A DNA stretch of 64,000 nucleotides. Source: an uncultured Planctomycetaceae bacterium. Lineage in GTDB: Bacteria > Planctomycetota > Planctomycetia > Planctomycetales > Planctomycetaceae. Of the stretch, positions 21,887 to 32,719 are shown piece by piece. The stretch covers positions 32,001 through 96,000 of the forward strand of contig CAWFAK010000015.1 in the NCBI GenBank assembly GCA_963813715.1. Reading direction: 5' to 3'. The notes beneath the pieces were generated by a model. That model did no database searches, was not told the origin of the DNA, and was given only the letters and a program-made list of their open reading frames with translations. Within the stretch, counting starts at the first letter, position 1; each line of letters opens with the position of its first letter. The translations under genes and the position numbers were made by a program.

Positions 21887-22306
21887 CTATTCTGCCACAA
21901 ATGGCCAACCAACCAAGATCAGTTTTCTACGCCGTTCAAAGTTTGCGGTCGGCCGGCGATGACCGAGAAAATGCTCAAGGTCAAACTCGAAGAGTTGAGG
22001 GGCTCGTGTTCGGTAACGGCCGTTCGTCGTTTTCGCTTCGTACTTCGGCGTGCACTGGGCGAGGATGCAGCGGCAACACTGGCTAAGAAAACAAGCCTTT
22101 TCCAAAATGGCTCGAGTCGTTCTTCCAGCCTGCGTCTCGAATCGGCGACTTGATAGACCCTTCGCCTGATGAGCCGGCTCTGATTCTCTCAGTACCGCGG
22201 TAAACGGTGATGGACCGAGCTCCCGTGCCAACCGCCAACTTTCGTCCAGGATGCGCCCCCACGCAGCGCGGATTCCGTCCTGGTGCTTCAGCAGTTGGGC
22301 GATCAC
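21887..22306 (-). CDS. Possible hypothetical protein or gene remnant
   Basis: GTGA start/stop overlap with the 22303-22992 gene; no recognisable motif. Confidence 0.3.
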   Translation of the reverse strand: MIAQLLKHQDGIRAAWGRILDESWRLARELGPSPFTAVLRESEPAHQAKGLSSRRFETQAGRTTRAILEKACFLSQCCRCILAQCTPKYEAKTTNGRYRTRAPQLFEFDLEHFLGHRRPTANFERRRKLILVGWPFVAE

Positions 22307-22992
22307 GACCGCCTCCCCTTTTTGGATTGTTGGAGTTTGGACGGATCCTCAACTGGATCCGGCTCGTCGTCCCCGAACGGAAACCCACCGCTCTCACCTT
22401 TTTTGTGCAGCTTTCCGAGCAGTCGCACCGTAACGGGACGAAACGATGTCCGAAAGGCGCCAGGGCCCAGCGTCTGTTGCACGTCCAAATACATCTCGCC
22501 GATTCGACGTGGCCATCCACAAGACTCGCCAGCTTCGAACCCCATCATTTCCCACTCATCACCATCAAAGGCGTCCGGAAGCCGCTCGTTTGCACCGGTG
22601 CCTATTCGCGCCGTCCATACATGTATGCCGTTTGCGTCCGCGGTGATACTGCCGCGAGGGGCAAATGGATCGACACTCTCACATGGGATCGCAATTGGCG
22701 ATTTGAGGCCCTTTCCGTTCACATGGCTCACGACAAATGCTAACCCATCAGATTTGCTGGTTTGCCGCTCTTCCTTCCATTTTCCACGAACTGTAACGAT
22801 GTCCTCTCCCAACGCCGCTCCAAATCGCCCGGCCAGCTTGACCTTTGTTGGAATGTCAAGACTGTTCACTCTCTCAACCCTCGGCACAGCAGATTGCTCG
22901 CCTGCACTTTCAGGCATATGCACTACGCTATCTCCACATGCCGCGATATAGCACAACAGCATAATCACTGCGCACTTCACGCATCTGTACAT
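22303..22992 (-). CDS. Hypothetical lipoprotein with lower GC than its flanks
   Basis: GAGAGG RBS; hydrophobic stretch with lipobox IAA-C; AT-richer codon usage. Confidence 0.7.
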   Translation of the reverse strand: MYRCVKCAVIMLLCYIAACGDSVVHMPESAGEQSAVPRVERVNSLDIPTKVKLAGRFGAALGEDIVTVRGKWKEERQTSKSDGLAFVVSHVNGKGLKSPIAIPCESVDPFAPRGSITADANGIHVWTARIGTGANERLPDAFDGDEWEMMGFEAGESCGWPRRIGEMYLDVQQTLGPGAFRTSFRPVTVRLLGKLHKKGESGGFPFGDDEPDPVEDPSKLQQSKKGRRS

Positions 22993-23278
22993 ACCTCTCT
23001 CCCGGACAACCTATTCAGTTGACGAATTGTTATCACAGTCGCATCTCGAAGTGCGAACATTTGGGTTGGGCACCATGACATCGAAGACATCGGCGAGTGG
23101 CACGGCCTGCTCGCTTCCGACCTCCCAGTTTGTCGATCAGCCGCTGAATCCGGCACTCCGTTTCGCCTTGGCCCGCTGCTTCACGGCGTGCTCGTCACCG
23201 CATTGTACCGATCATCCATGTTCGACAAGCGGTCGATCACCCCCGCGGCCATCGCCGGAGTGCATTTCAACGAGCCGG

Positions 23279-23337
23279 CGATCGAATTTGTGGTCCCCGT
23301 GAAGCGCAGACCCTGCAGCCGCTAGAACGACGGCATG
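23279..23337 (+). repeat. ~59-bp direct repeat, copy 1 (gene-tail-like codons, -10-like box, ATG)
   Basis: CGATCGAATT...CGCAGA...GCTAGAACGACGGCATG; matches 23699-23758. Confidence 0.7.
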
Positions 23338-23610
23338 AGCGACGAAGCGGGACACGCATGCCCAGCGTGTGGGTTCGGGCTGAACTTCTCGCCGTGGGAA
23401 GGCGGTGCTGCCTCCTTTGAAATCTGTCCGTGCTGCTTCATCCAGTTCGGCTACGATGACGCAGCCGGTGGAGATCCGCAGTTGCGGCGTGAGATGCACT
23501 CGCGTTGGCGACAAGACTGGATTGCCGACGGGCTGCCGTGGCGAGGGCATGGGAAACCGCCAGTCGGATGGTCAGCAGCGCAACAAGTCGCTCGCGCTTC
23601 GCACGGCTAA
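23335..23610 (+). CDS. Small Cys-rich CPCC-motif protein
   Basis: CPACGF...SFEICPCC..QFGYDD...WRQDWIADG..W. Confidence 0.8.
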   Translation: MSDEAGHACPACGFGLNFSPWEGGAASFEICPCCFIQFGYDDAAGGDPQLRREMHSRWRQDWIADGLPWRGHGKPPVGWSAAQQVARASHG

Positions 23611-23698
23611 ATCGCCCAGAAGGTCATGAGAAGTCGATCGCTTGGTCCTCACGCCCTGGTTAGGGGAATCCAATCTTCTTTTGGAGGGCGACCACCCA

Positions 23699-23758
23699 CG
23701 ATCGAATTCCTCGTTCCGGTTAAACGCAGAGCGCACCCCCCGCTAGAATGACGGCATG
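23699..23758 (+). repeat. ~60-bp direct repeat, copy 2
   Basis: CGATCGAATT...CGCAGA...GCTAGAATGACGGCATG. Confidence 0.7.
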
Positions 23759-23974
23759 GATCGGGAAACCGCGAAATTGGTTACTCAAGCCGTGCGAGGA
23801 GACCGGCGATTGCGCATCTGGGGTCGTACCATGCTCTCGGGTCCGTGCCCGCGCTTCCTCTAGGGGAATTTCGACACCTCCTGCTACAATCCCGCCACGC
23901 GTTTTCACCCGGGGGGGACCGGTCTGATGTCGCGTTTGACTGCGGCTACCGAAGGATTCGGGAGGAAGGGACGC

Positions 23975-26578
23975 ATGCATTCGGAAGCATTTTGTGGGCG
24001 ACGTCGGTCGCTCGTTTGGCAGAACGTTGGCCTGGCGTTGGTCGCAACGGCCGTTCTCGTCGCCGCCGGCTTCCCCAACCGCGCAGTGGCAAATCCGGAT
24101 CCCCCGCCGCCAACCGCCGAGACCGCGAAGAAGACCGCCCCGCACGCACCGCGGCACACCAATCGATCTGGCGCGCGAGACCAGTCCATACCTGTTGCTA
24201 CACGCACACAATCCGGTCGACTGGTATCCCTGGTCCCCCGAGGTCTTCGAGAAGGCCAAGCGGGAAGGCAAGCCGATCTTTGTGTCCATCGGCTACAGCA
24301 GCTGCCACTGGTGCCACGTGATGGAGCGGCAAGTCTTCGAGAACGAAGACATTGCCCGGGTGATGAATGAGAACTTCATCAACGTGAAGGTCGACCGCGA
24401 AGAACGTCCCGACGTCGACGACGTCTACATGAGCGCATATCTCGTCTACGCGCAAGCCGTCGGCTCCGGAGATTCCGGCGGCTGGCCTCTCTCGATGTTC
24501 CTCACTCCGGACGGCAAGCCGTTCGCGGGTGGCACCTACTTTCCGCCGCAGGATCGGCCCGGGCCAGACCGGATTCCCGACCGTCCTGTCCCGCGTGCTG
24601 AACGCCTGGAAGAGCGACCGCGGCGAGCGTCGAAAAGAACGCCGAGCTGATCGCCGGCTCCGTGCGGCGGCTGACGCGGGCGGGTTTCGACGCAGCCCCG
24701 GTGAAGCTCGATCGCGGGCTGGTGACGGCGACCATCAAGTCGCTGATCGAATCGCGCGATCCCGAGTTCGGCGGCATCGACTTCGATCCGCACGAAGCCA
24801 ACGCCCCCAAAGTTTCCCGAGCCGGCCAAGCTCGAGCTGCTGGAGTTCGCGGCCGCGCATGCCAACGATCAGCAGGCCGACGCCGTTGTGACCAATACGC
24901 TCGATCACATCGCGGCGGGGGGCATCGTCGATCATCTGGCGGGTGGTTTCCACCGTTACAGCACCGACCGCCGCTGGCACGTCCCGCACTTCGAAAAGAT
25001 GCTCTACGACCAAGCCCAGCTGGCCGAGTTCTTCGCCCAGGTCTATCACCGGACGGGCAAACAGGAATACCGCCGCACCGCCGAGCGGGCCTTCGCCTTC
25101 GTGCTCAAGGAGATGTCGGATCCGGCCGGCGGATTTATCTCGTCACTCGACGCGCAGACCGACGGCGTCGAAGGCGTCTATTACGTCTGGACGCCCACGG
25201 AAGTCGACGCCGTGCTCGGGGCGCGGGACGGAGTCCTCTTTCGGCGGGCCTTCGGCCTCGACGAGCCCAAGGAATTCGAGGCGGGATTCGTGCTGCGGCG
25301 GACGACGACTGCCGAAACGCTCGGTCACGATCTGCACGTTGCGCCGGAAGCCGTCGAAGCCCGACTGAACGATGCGCGGAGCCACTTGCTACTCAATCGA
25401 CAGACCCGTCGGCCCGTGGCGCGGGACGATAAAGTGCTCGCCGCCTGGAATGGGTTGATGATTCCGCGCTGGCCCGCAGCAGTCAGCTGCTGTCGAACGA
25501 CGCGTATCTGCACGCGGCTGAAAAGGCGGCCAACTTCGTGCTCGATCGGATGCGCGGCCCGCGCGGCGAATTGTTGCGGACCTATCGGACCGGACAGGCG
25601 AAAATTCCGGCGTACCTGGAAGACTATGCCTACGTGTCGGAAGGGCTGTTGGCCCTGTTTGCCGCCACGCACGAGCCGCGCTGGCAGCAGGCGGCCCGCG
25701 CACTGACCGACGAACAAATCCGCCTCTTCTGGGACGAACAGTCGAAAGGATTTTATTTCACCTCGAAGGATCACGAGGCCCTGATTGCCCGCACCCGCAA
25801 CGCCTTCGACGCGGTGCTCCCCTCGGCCAACGCGGTCAGCGTCCGCAATCTGGTGCGGCTGGCTTCGCTCTGCGGCGAGCCCCACTACCGCGACTTGGCA
25901 CGACAAACATTGGAAGCCTTCGCTCCGGCGCTCGCCCGGGCGCCGCGCTCCCTTCCGGTGACGGCGCTGGCACTCGCCGAATACCTCGATAATCCCGACT
26001 TCGGCCGCACGCACGCCCGCTCGAAGGCCGACGCCAATCTCGAAGAGACGGCCGTCCTGCAAGCCTCGAGTGACGACGGGCCGCCGCCCACCTCGGTGCC
26101 CGGCAGCCGCAACGCGACGGTGACGGCCAAGGTCTATCTCTCGGTCGATCAGCTGCCGCCGGCGGGAACCTGCCGGTTCGTGGTTTACGTCACGATCAAG
26201 GACGGCTGGCACATCAACACCAGCCAAGTCGAAGAAGACTGGCAGGTGCCGACTGAGCTGACGGTCGCCTCGACGCAAGGAGTGACGATCTCGAAACTGA
26301 ACTTCGTCACCCGCGGCAAGCCGACGCAACTTCCCGGCATGCAGAAGCCCCTCACCGTCTACGAGCGCGGAGCCGAAATCCGGGGCGTGCTGGCGATTCC
26401 GCTGGAAGCGGCGGGTAAAGTGGACAACCTGCAGTTCCTGCTCAAATATCAGGCCTGCAACGCTAAGGGCGAATGCTTGCCCCCCGCGAAAGTCAAACTG
26501 GCGGGCAAACTGCATATCGCCAGCGACCTGCATTCCGTGCACGCGGCCAATCCCAATCTCTTCCCGAAACTGCGGTAA
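23975..26578 (+). CDS. YyaL/SSP411-type thioredoxin-domain protein with signal peptide and C-terminal DsbD-N-like domain (several frameshifts)
   Basis: [70 protein letters not shown]; tail IKDGWHIN...YQAC...CLPP. Confidence 0.88.
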
Positions 26579-26632
26579 CCGCCGCCGCAGGCGATCGGCC
26601 TGGGGGACAGCCCGCGACGAACACGCTCGGCC

Positions 26633-27630
26633 ATGCGACCCGTCATCCGCTGGATGCGCAAACACCGCCGACTCACGATCGGCCTGGCGGCGTTGCTGGC
26701 GCTTGTAGCGGTCAATGTCGTGGCGTTCAATCAAGCCTGGTCGATGACGCATTTCGCGGCGTCGGGAACTCGCACGTCGCGACCGGAAGAACTGGGCTTT
26801 CTCGACAAAGTGCAGGTCGGCCTGATCGGCGTACGGCTGCCCAAGCCGGCTAACGCGATCGACCCCAGTCACGTGGGGCTCGCGTTCGAGACGGTTCGCT
26901 TCGGCGGATCCTCGGGAGCCGAGCTGGAGGGCTGGTTTGTCCCGCACGTCGAACCCAAAGGCATCGTGCTCTTCGCGCATGGTTACGGCGCGTCGAAGAG
27001 CAGCTTGCTGAACGAGGCGGCCGCCATTCATCGGCTCGGGTATGCGATCTTCCTCGTCGACTTTCATGGCAGCGGCGGATCGGAGGGACGCGTCACCTCG
27101 ATCGGCGTCCGCGAAGCCGATGATGTCGCCGACGCGGTTGCTTGGGCGAGCGGCCCGGCAGCCGGGCCGGCCGCTGATTCTCTACGGCCAGTCGATGGGC
27201 AGCGCGGCCATCCTGCGGGCGATCGCCGTTCTCGGAATCGAACCGTCTGCCGTGATCGTCGAATGCCCGTTCGATCGACTGCTCTCGACGGCGGAGAATC
27301 GATTTCGCTCGATGGGGCTGCCGTCGTTCCCCGCCGCGCAGCTGCTGATCTTTTGGGGCGGCGTGCAACTGGGCTTTAACGGCTTCCGACACAATCCGGC
27401 CGACTACGCCTGCTCGGTGCGCTGCCCCGTGCTGTTCTTGCATGGCGCAGGATCACCGCGTGACGCCGGAGCAAGCGCGGTCAGTGTTTGACAACCTGGC
27501 GGGGCAAAAAGCCTTCGTGACCTTCCCGACCGCGGGACATGAATCGCTGTTGGCCAACGACGCCGAGCTTTGGACCAAATCGGTCTCGCACTTCCTCGCG
27601 GAGCTTCCGGAGGCGACCGGTCGCCGGTAG
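26633..27630 (+). CDS. Alpha/beta hydrolase (frameshifts near 27150 and 27445)
   Basis: FAHGYG, DFHGSGGSEG, GQSMG nucleophile elbow, LFLHG.D, AGH. Confidence 0.88.
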
Positions 27631-27652
27631 TCGTCTCGCAGTGAGGCCCGAA

Positions 27653-29223
27653 TCACCAGCCCGTGTGAAACAGATTCCAGCCGCTCTGAAAGACGAGCGT
27701 GTGCAGCCAGATCTCCGACGTGGCGATCATCACGCCCAGAGCCCAGGATGCCGACGCTCCAGGCCATTGCGTGGCGGCGGGGCGCGAGCAGCGAAATGGC
27801 GTAAGAGGCGACGATCGCGAAAGGCACGAGCGTGCCGCACATCAAGCGTCCGCAAACGAAGCCCGGGAAAGAAAACAGTGGTGAGGCGGTCCCCATCTTG
27901 CCGAAGTCGATGGCCACCGAGGAGAGCGCCAAGAACGCGACCGAAGCCCAAAAGGCCGCCAGGCCGAACAGCAGGAAAGCCCGCTGCCGGGTATCGCGGG
28001 TGCGCCAGAGGCCGATCGTTGCAGTGGCGAGCAGAAGCAGCGTGCCGCACGCGTAGACACAGTCGACGAAGTAATTCGCGATCGGCTTGCGGTACCAGGT
28101 GATTTCGCCCCGCCAGTAGCTGGCACTCAGTTCGAACCAAAAATCCTTCACGCCCGATAGGCTGAAGAGGGGGTGCGAGAACCACTGGGCGAATGGCTTC
28201 TGGCTGAAGCCGAGCTCGGCCAGCTTGGCCGCGGAGCCGGTAAAGTTGCCCAGCGTAAGCTTGTTCCAAAACAGCCAGGCCGGCAATGGCGATACACAGA
28301 CGACGAACGTTAATGCCGCAGCCATCGGTCGTCGTAAGACACCGGGCGAGGACACCTCCGACGATGTCTGCGGCTTCCGCAGAACGATCCACGCGACAGC
28401 TACGAGCGTGACGGCAATCAGCGGGAGGTTGGTCATCTTGGTGAGACCGGTCGCCGCCACGCCCAGGCCAGTGAGCGCTGCCGCTTTAATCGCGGGACGC
28501 TTTGGATTCATCCAGCGGACGAGCCCCAGGCAGACGAGCCCAAACGACAACGGTGAGAGCACGTCGTCGTTGATGCCGTACAGCACGTCCTGTGGGATGA
28601 TGGCCAACAGCGCGGGCGTGCCGATTTTCAGGAACGGGCTGCCGGGAAACAGATCCCGCGCGACTGACGTAGCCCAGCCAGACCGTCGCGGGCAGCACGA
28701 GCGCATTCAAGAAGCGCACCCAGTAGAACATGTCCGCGTCCGGCACCCGGATGAGCTCTCCCAGCGCCAGCCAGGCTCCTGCCAGCGAGTAATAGAGCGG
28801 CGGTTCCAGCATCTCGTGGTTGTGCTCGATCTTGGCCAGCTCGAGGTTGGCTTTGATCTGCGCTTCGAGCGACGGGCGAACGATCTGTTGCGGCTGCAGA
28901 TAGACGTCGGGCGTGACGAGGAATTCGGGGGACCAATTGTCGGTCCAGCGACGCAGTTCCTTGGCGTGCGGGCCGAGCGCGCGAGGGACGACACCGCGCG
29001 AATAGAAGATGGCGACGTCGAAGTGGTTTCCCTCGTCCATGTTGTTGTTGACGGGGAACGCGGCGCAGAAGACCAGCACGCGGATCGCCGCAAACGTCGC
29101 CAGCGCAGCGACGATCAGCATTTCGGACCGGCGGGCCGGGCCGGTCACGGCGGGAGGCTCAGTCGCGGTGGGAGGGCCACTCGCAGTGGAGGGGGCCGTC
29201 ACGAGGGAAGGGTCGGCGGACAT
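27653..29223 (-). CDS. GT-C-fold-like (DUF2142/GT39-like) integral membrane protein (frameshifts near 28665 and 27740)
   Basis: DEGNHFD, HEMLEPPLYY, INDD, TK.T motifs and many TM helices; stitched end ...WNLFHTGW*. Confidence 0.75.
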
Positions 29224-29273
29224 CTCTTCGATTCTGCGCACGCCGTCCGCTCGCTGTCGATCATCGGCCGGCT

Positions 29274-30374
29274 TCAGAACTTCGTCAGCATCAAATGCAT
29301 TTCGTCGGCCTGATCCTTGGTCATCTTGTACTTTTCGTAGACCGGCTGCAGTTGCTTGAGGAGCTTGATGAAATCGTTTTCGGGAAAGCCGACGACGTAA
29401 TGGCCGATGACCGCACGCACGAGCCGGCGGACAGTGACGAAGTTATTCAGTACGCGGAAATAGCGCCGCTGATCGTCCCCCAGCCGCGCCCGAAAGGAGT
29501 CCGTAATTCCCGACGGTGTGGTTTCGGTGCGGCCGACGCGGCAGCGGACGGTGAACAGATCGTCGCGGGCGGTGAGCGACTTCAGCGATAAGTGCCAGGC
29601 CTTTTCGCACAAGAGGTAGTTGCGTCCGTGGCCCGTCATCACGTTCGAGAGCGACAGATCGAGCTGGGCCGCCATGTAGCCCAGCTGATGATTGGCGATG
29701 GCCGGATGCGTGGCCGCCATGTCGACATGAGAGCGCGGGGTCGAACCGCCAACGGCCAGCGTCAGCAGCACGAGCCGTTTGTCGGCCGCCATCAGCGCGG
29801 CCGCCGGGACGATCGTGGCCGGCACGCGGAATTCGAGCTGATCGGAGTCGGTGTTCAGGCGAAACAGGACCTGTTCGACCGGCCCGTCCTCCAAACGAAA
29901 GGTTGCCGACTTGAGGTGCAGGACCTTGACTGGTTTCTCGGGAAACGATCGCAGCAGAATTCCGCCGACATAATCGTCGTTGAAAGCGTCGTCGAACGAA
30001 GCGACCTGGAAGTTGACGTTGTAGCGGTCCTCGATCGATCGTAGCGTCGACCCGTCGCCAAACTGCTCGCCCTCGAAGTGCGGATTGACGACATCCTTGA
30101 TCCGCCGGGCGAAATCGGGCTCTTCGGGACGTTTGTCACCGCGCGGGACGGTCTTCGGATCGGGCTTCTGAGCTTTGGCAGGGTCCGACTTGGTTGTATC
30201 CGACTTGGCAGCGAGGGGTTTAGCGGGGTTGGGTTTGGCGGCGTCAGCCTTTGCTGAAGCCGGCTGATCGGCTCCCGGTTCTTCGGCCCGCAGCGCCTTC
30301 GCGATCCACACGCTCCCCCAACACGCGGTGATCAGAGCAAGGCACAGAGCAGTTTTCGTCAGTCGCGTGGACAT
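29274..30374 (-). CDS. Hypothetical exported protein
   Basis: Signal peptide and Lys/Pro/Ala linker; 366 aa with coding-like bias. Confidence 0.75.
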   Translation of the reverse strand: MSTRLTKTALCLALITACWGSVWIAKALRAEEPGADQPASAKADAAKPNPAKPLAAKSDTTKSDPAKAQKPDPKTVPRGDKRPEEPDFARRIKDVVNPHFEGEQFGDGSTLRSIEDRYNVNFQVASFDDAFNDDYVGGILLRSFPEKPVKVLHLKSATFRLEDGPVEQVLFRLNTDSDQLEFRVPATIVPAAALMAADKRLVLLTLAVGGSTPRSHVDMAATHPAIANHQLGYMAAQLDLSLSNVMTGHGRNYLLCEKAWHLSLKSLTARDDLFTVRCRVGRTETTPSGITDSFRARLGDDQRRYFRVLNNFVTVRRLVRAVIGHYVVGFPENDFIKLLKQLQPVYEKYKMTKDQADEMHLMLTKF

Positions 30375-30472
30375 GAGCGAGACTCCGTTGCTGCCACCAT
30401 CGAACTCTCACGCGGGCTTTTGGAAGCCCGCGGCCCGACCGGCCGAATCTGGCGATATTCTAGCACCGCATT

Positions 30473-30916
30473 CTAGCACTGCCGCCCCGCGCAATCATCA
30501 ATCATTTGCGGCGACGTGGGCGAGATCGTGCCGTCGGAGGGTTTCCTACACTCGCCGCACGGCTCAAACGCCGACGAAATCAGCTCCTGCAAGATCGTGT
30601 CGATCCGCCGGACGAGCGATTGGCGAAAATCGGGTTTTGGGCGTCCGAGCAGCATCGCCAGCCGCACGCTCTCGAGTTCCTGGATCGAGAAGACGTACGA
30701 GTCACACGTGTGGTCGGCGATGTAATACGCCGCGACGATGTCGAGCGGCTCCAAATGGCCGTCACCTAGTGTTGTCCGCAGATCGGCCACGCGTGCCGCA
30801 CATTGCGAGTGGTCCCTTCTGACGTAGCGATAGCGCTCGGTCGTCTCGGCCCGGCGGACGGCCGGCTTGGGCAACGGCAGCGGAAAGATGCCCGTGAACG
30901 GGTTCCACTCGCTCAT
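30473..30916 (-). CDS. Hypothetical protein
   Basis: GGAGG RBS 2 nt before ATG; 147 aa; C-terminal CGEC. Confidence 0.6.
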   Translation of the reverse strand: MSEWNPFTGIFPLPLPKPAVRRAETTERYRYVRRDHSQCAARVADLRTTLGDGHLEPLDIVAAYYIADHTCDSYVFSIQELESVRLAMLLGRPKPDFRQSLVRRIDTILQELISSAFEPCGECRKPSDGTISPTSPQMIDDCAGRQC

Positions 30917-31345
30917 GCCTCCATGCTACGCCGGGCGCGAGCGATTTCACCGGAAGGGGTCTGCGGGGGGACTTCGAGGCCACCGTCACGCTTCCTCACA
31001 GCGCACCGAGGCCCGACCGGCCAAAAATGCCGGAAAGTGCGCGACCAATTTCTGCTCGTCAAATGGCTGTTTCGCGGCGGGCGTCCGCACGCCCTAAATC
31101 GGCACGAATTGCCGAAAGCCAGTCGCCACGAGGGCTTGTACCGCGCGTGTTTTTGCGGTCCGGCGGCGAAAAACCCTCTTATCGGCATTCGAACCCTCGG
31201 ACTTGACCAAAAAAAATAATTCCGATAAACAACCGCCTCACGCGGCGGGGTTCGCGGGCCTCAACTGCAAGCCCCCGCTGTGAGTGTCCCGTCACTCTCA
31301 CATCTGCCTCTCTCTAATCAATTCGTCTCTCGTAGGAAGGTGCAC

Positions 31346-32440
31346 ATGTCTAAGAACATGTCTCGCGTCGTCCCGTTTTTGGGCGCGCTCGGACTGCTCA
31401 CCCAGGCAGTCCCCGCCAACGCTCAGGGATGGGGCAACCAATGCTGCAATCCCTGCCCCACCTGCTGTGCCGTGCAGACCTGCATGCAACCGGTCAGCGT
31501 CCCCTGCTATCGCCAGGTGCCCGTCACCCACTATGAACCGTACGAGCAGACGGTCATGAAGCCGATCTGCCGCACCGAATACATCGAGCAGCCCGTGACG
31601 GTTTGCAAGCCGGTCTGCGAACAGCGGGTCGCTGAAGTTCCTGAGTGCACGTATCACCCGGTGACCGAGTTCTATCCGCAGACCCGGGACATGGGCGGCT
31701 ACCAGACCTTCTGCCACTGCTGCCCGCGGATGTCTCCCTGCCAGTACGATTCCAACCCCGGCCTCTTCGGCTGGCTGAACCGGACCGGCTACGAGATGCG
31801 GATGGCCTTCACGCCGCAATACACGTACGAGCGCCGCTGGGTGCCCAACGTCATTACCACGCAGGTCCCCGTGACCCGTCAGGTCGCCGTGCAGAGCGTG
31901 CGTCGCGTGACCTACAACGTCACCCGCATGCAGACCGAAATCGAACACCGCCGCGTGGCGATCAACCGGGTCGACATGGTGCCCGAGAGGATCGTCCTGC
32001 AGCGTCCGGTGACCGTCATGACGCAGGTGCCGATCGGCACGACCGTCGCCTGGATCCCGGCCGGCTCGCTGGCTGGCGGCTCGACGGCGACGGCCCTCAA
32101 CCCCTCTCCCGATCCGATCAGCCATGCGCAGCGCGACCTGCGTCACGCGGAACGGTACGGCGAGAAGAAGGGCCTTCAGGAAGGCATCCACGAAGGCAAG
32201 GAAATCGAAAAAGACAAGTTCCGACGCGAAAAGGAAGAAGATCTGCGTCACGACGGCTTCGGCCCCGGCGCCGAAGTGATTCCTCAGCGTAAATCCGGCG
32301 ATTCCTCCTCCCCGCAGCAGGTGTCGCAGGTTGATCGCTCCTACAGTGCAGCCGACGGTTGGGTTTCCCATCGCCGGCTCGATTCGGTCGACGTCCAAAT
32401 GGGCTACCGAGGCGTCTCGGTGGCCGACACGAAGCAGTAG
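31346..32440 (+). CDS. Secreted Cys-rich protein with Val/Pro/Thr beta-strand repeats
   Basis: AGGAAGG RBS; signal peptide ANA-Q; CCNPCPTCC; repeated xPVT motifs; charged tail. Confidence 0.85.
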   Translation: MSKNMSRVVPFLGALGLLTQAVPANAQGWGNQCCNPCPTCCAVQTCMQPVSVPCYRQVPVTHYEPYEQTVMKPICRTEYIEQPVTVCKPVCEQRVAEVPECTYHPVTEFYPQTRDMGGYQTFCHCCPRMSPCQYDSNPGLFGWLNRTGYEMRMAFTPQYTYERRWVPNVITTQVPVTRQVAVQSVRRVTYNVTRMQTEIEHRRVAINRVDMVPERIVLQRPVTVMTQVPIGTTVAWIPAGSLAGGSTATALNPSPDPISHAQRDLRHAERYGEKKGLQEGIHEGKEIEKDKFRREKEEDLRHDGFGPGAEVIPQRKSGDSSSPQQVSQVDRSYSAADGWVSHRRLDSVDVQMGYRGVSVADTKQ

Positions 32441-32719
32441 TCCGTAGAACGAATGTCAATGGCCGCGGTGGCATGGAGCTGCCGCGGTGCGAGGACGAAC
32501 GGGACCGAGAATGCCGTACGATCGAAAGATTCGGTCAGCGGCAAGAGAAGTTCTCGAGTTGATGACCCCAAGCCTTCCTTCCCTGTTGGTTCCGTTTCCC
32601 TCGCGGCATTGATTTCATGTCGATGCCCAACTGATGGCGCAATCTGGGAGCGGGCAATCCGTCTTTCGGAGACGCGCCGAAGACTCGGGCGGCACATATA
32701 CATGTCGCTCTCACCCTCG

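Noticed and set aside
22165..22250. Hammerhead ribozyme suggested by CTGATGAG
   Set aside because: No correctly placed GAAA or stem II/III could be built
32404..32703. 99-aa minus-strand ORF with a GAGGGTGAG RBS-like sequence
   Set aside because: It overlaps the end of the Cys-rich gene, has an unnatural composition and starts right beside a plus-strand terminator
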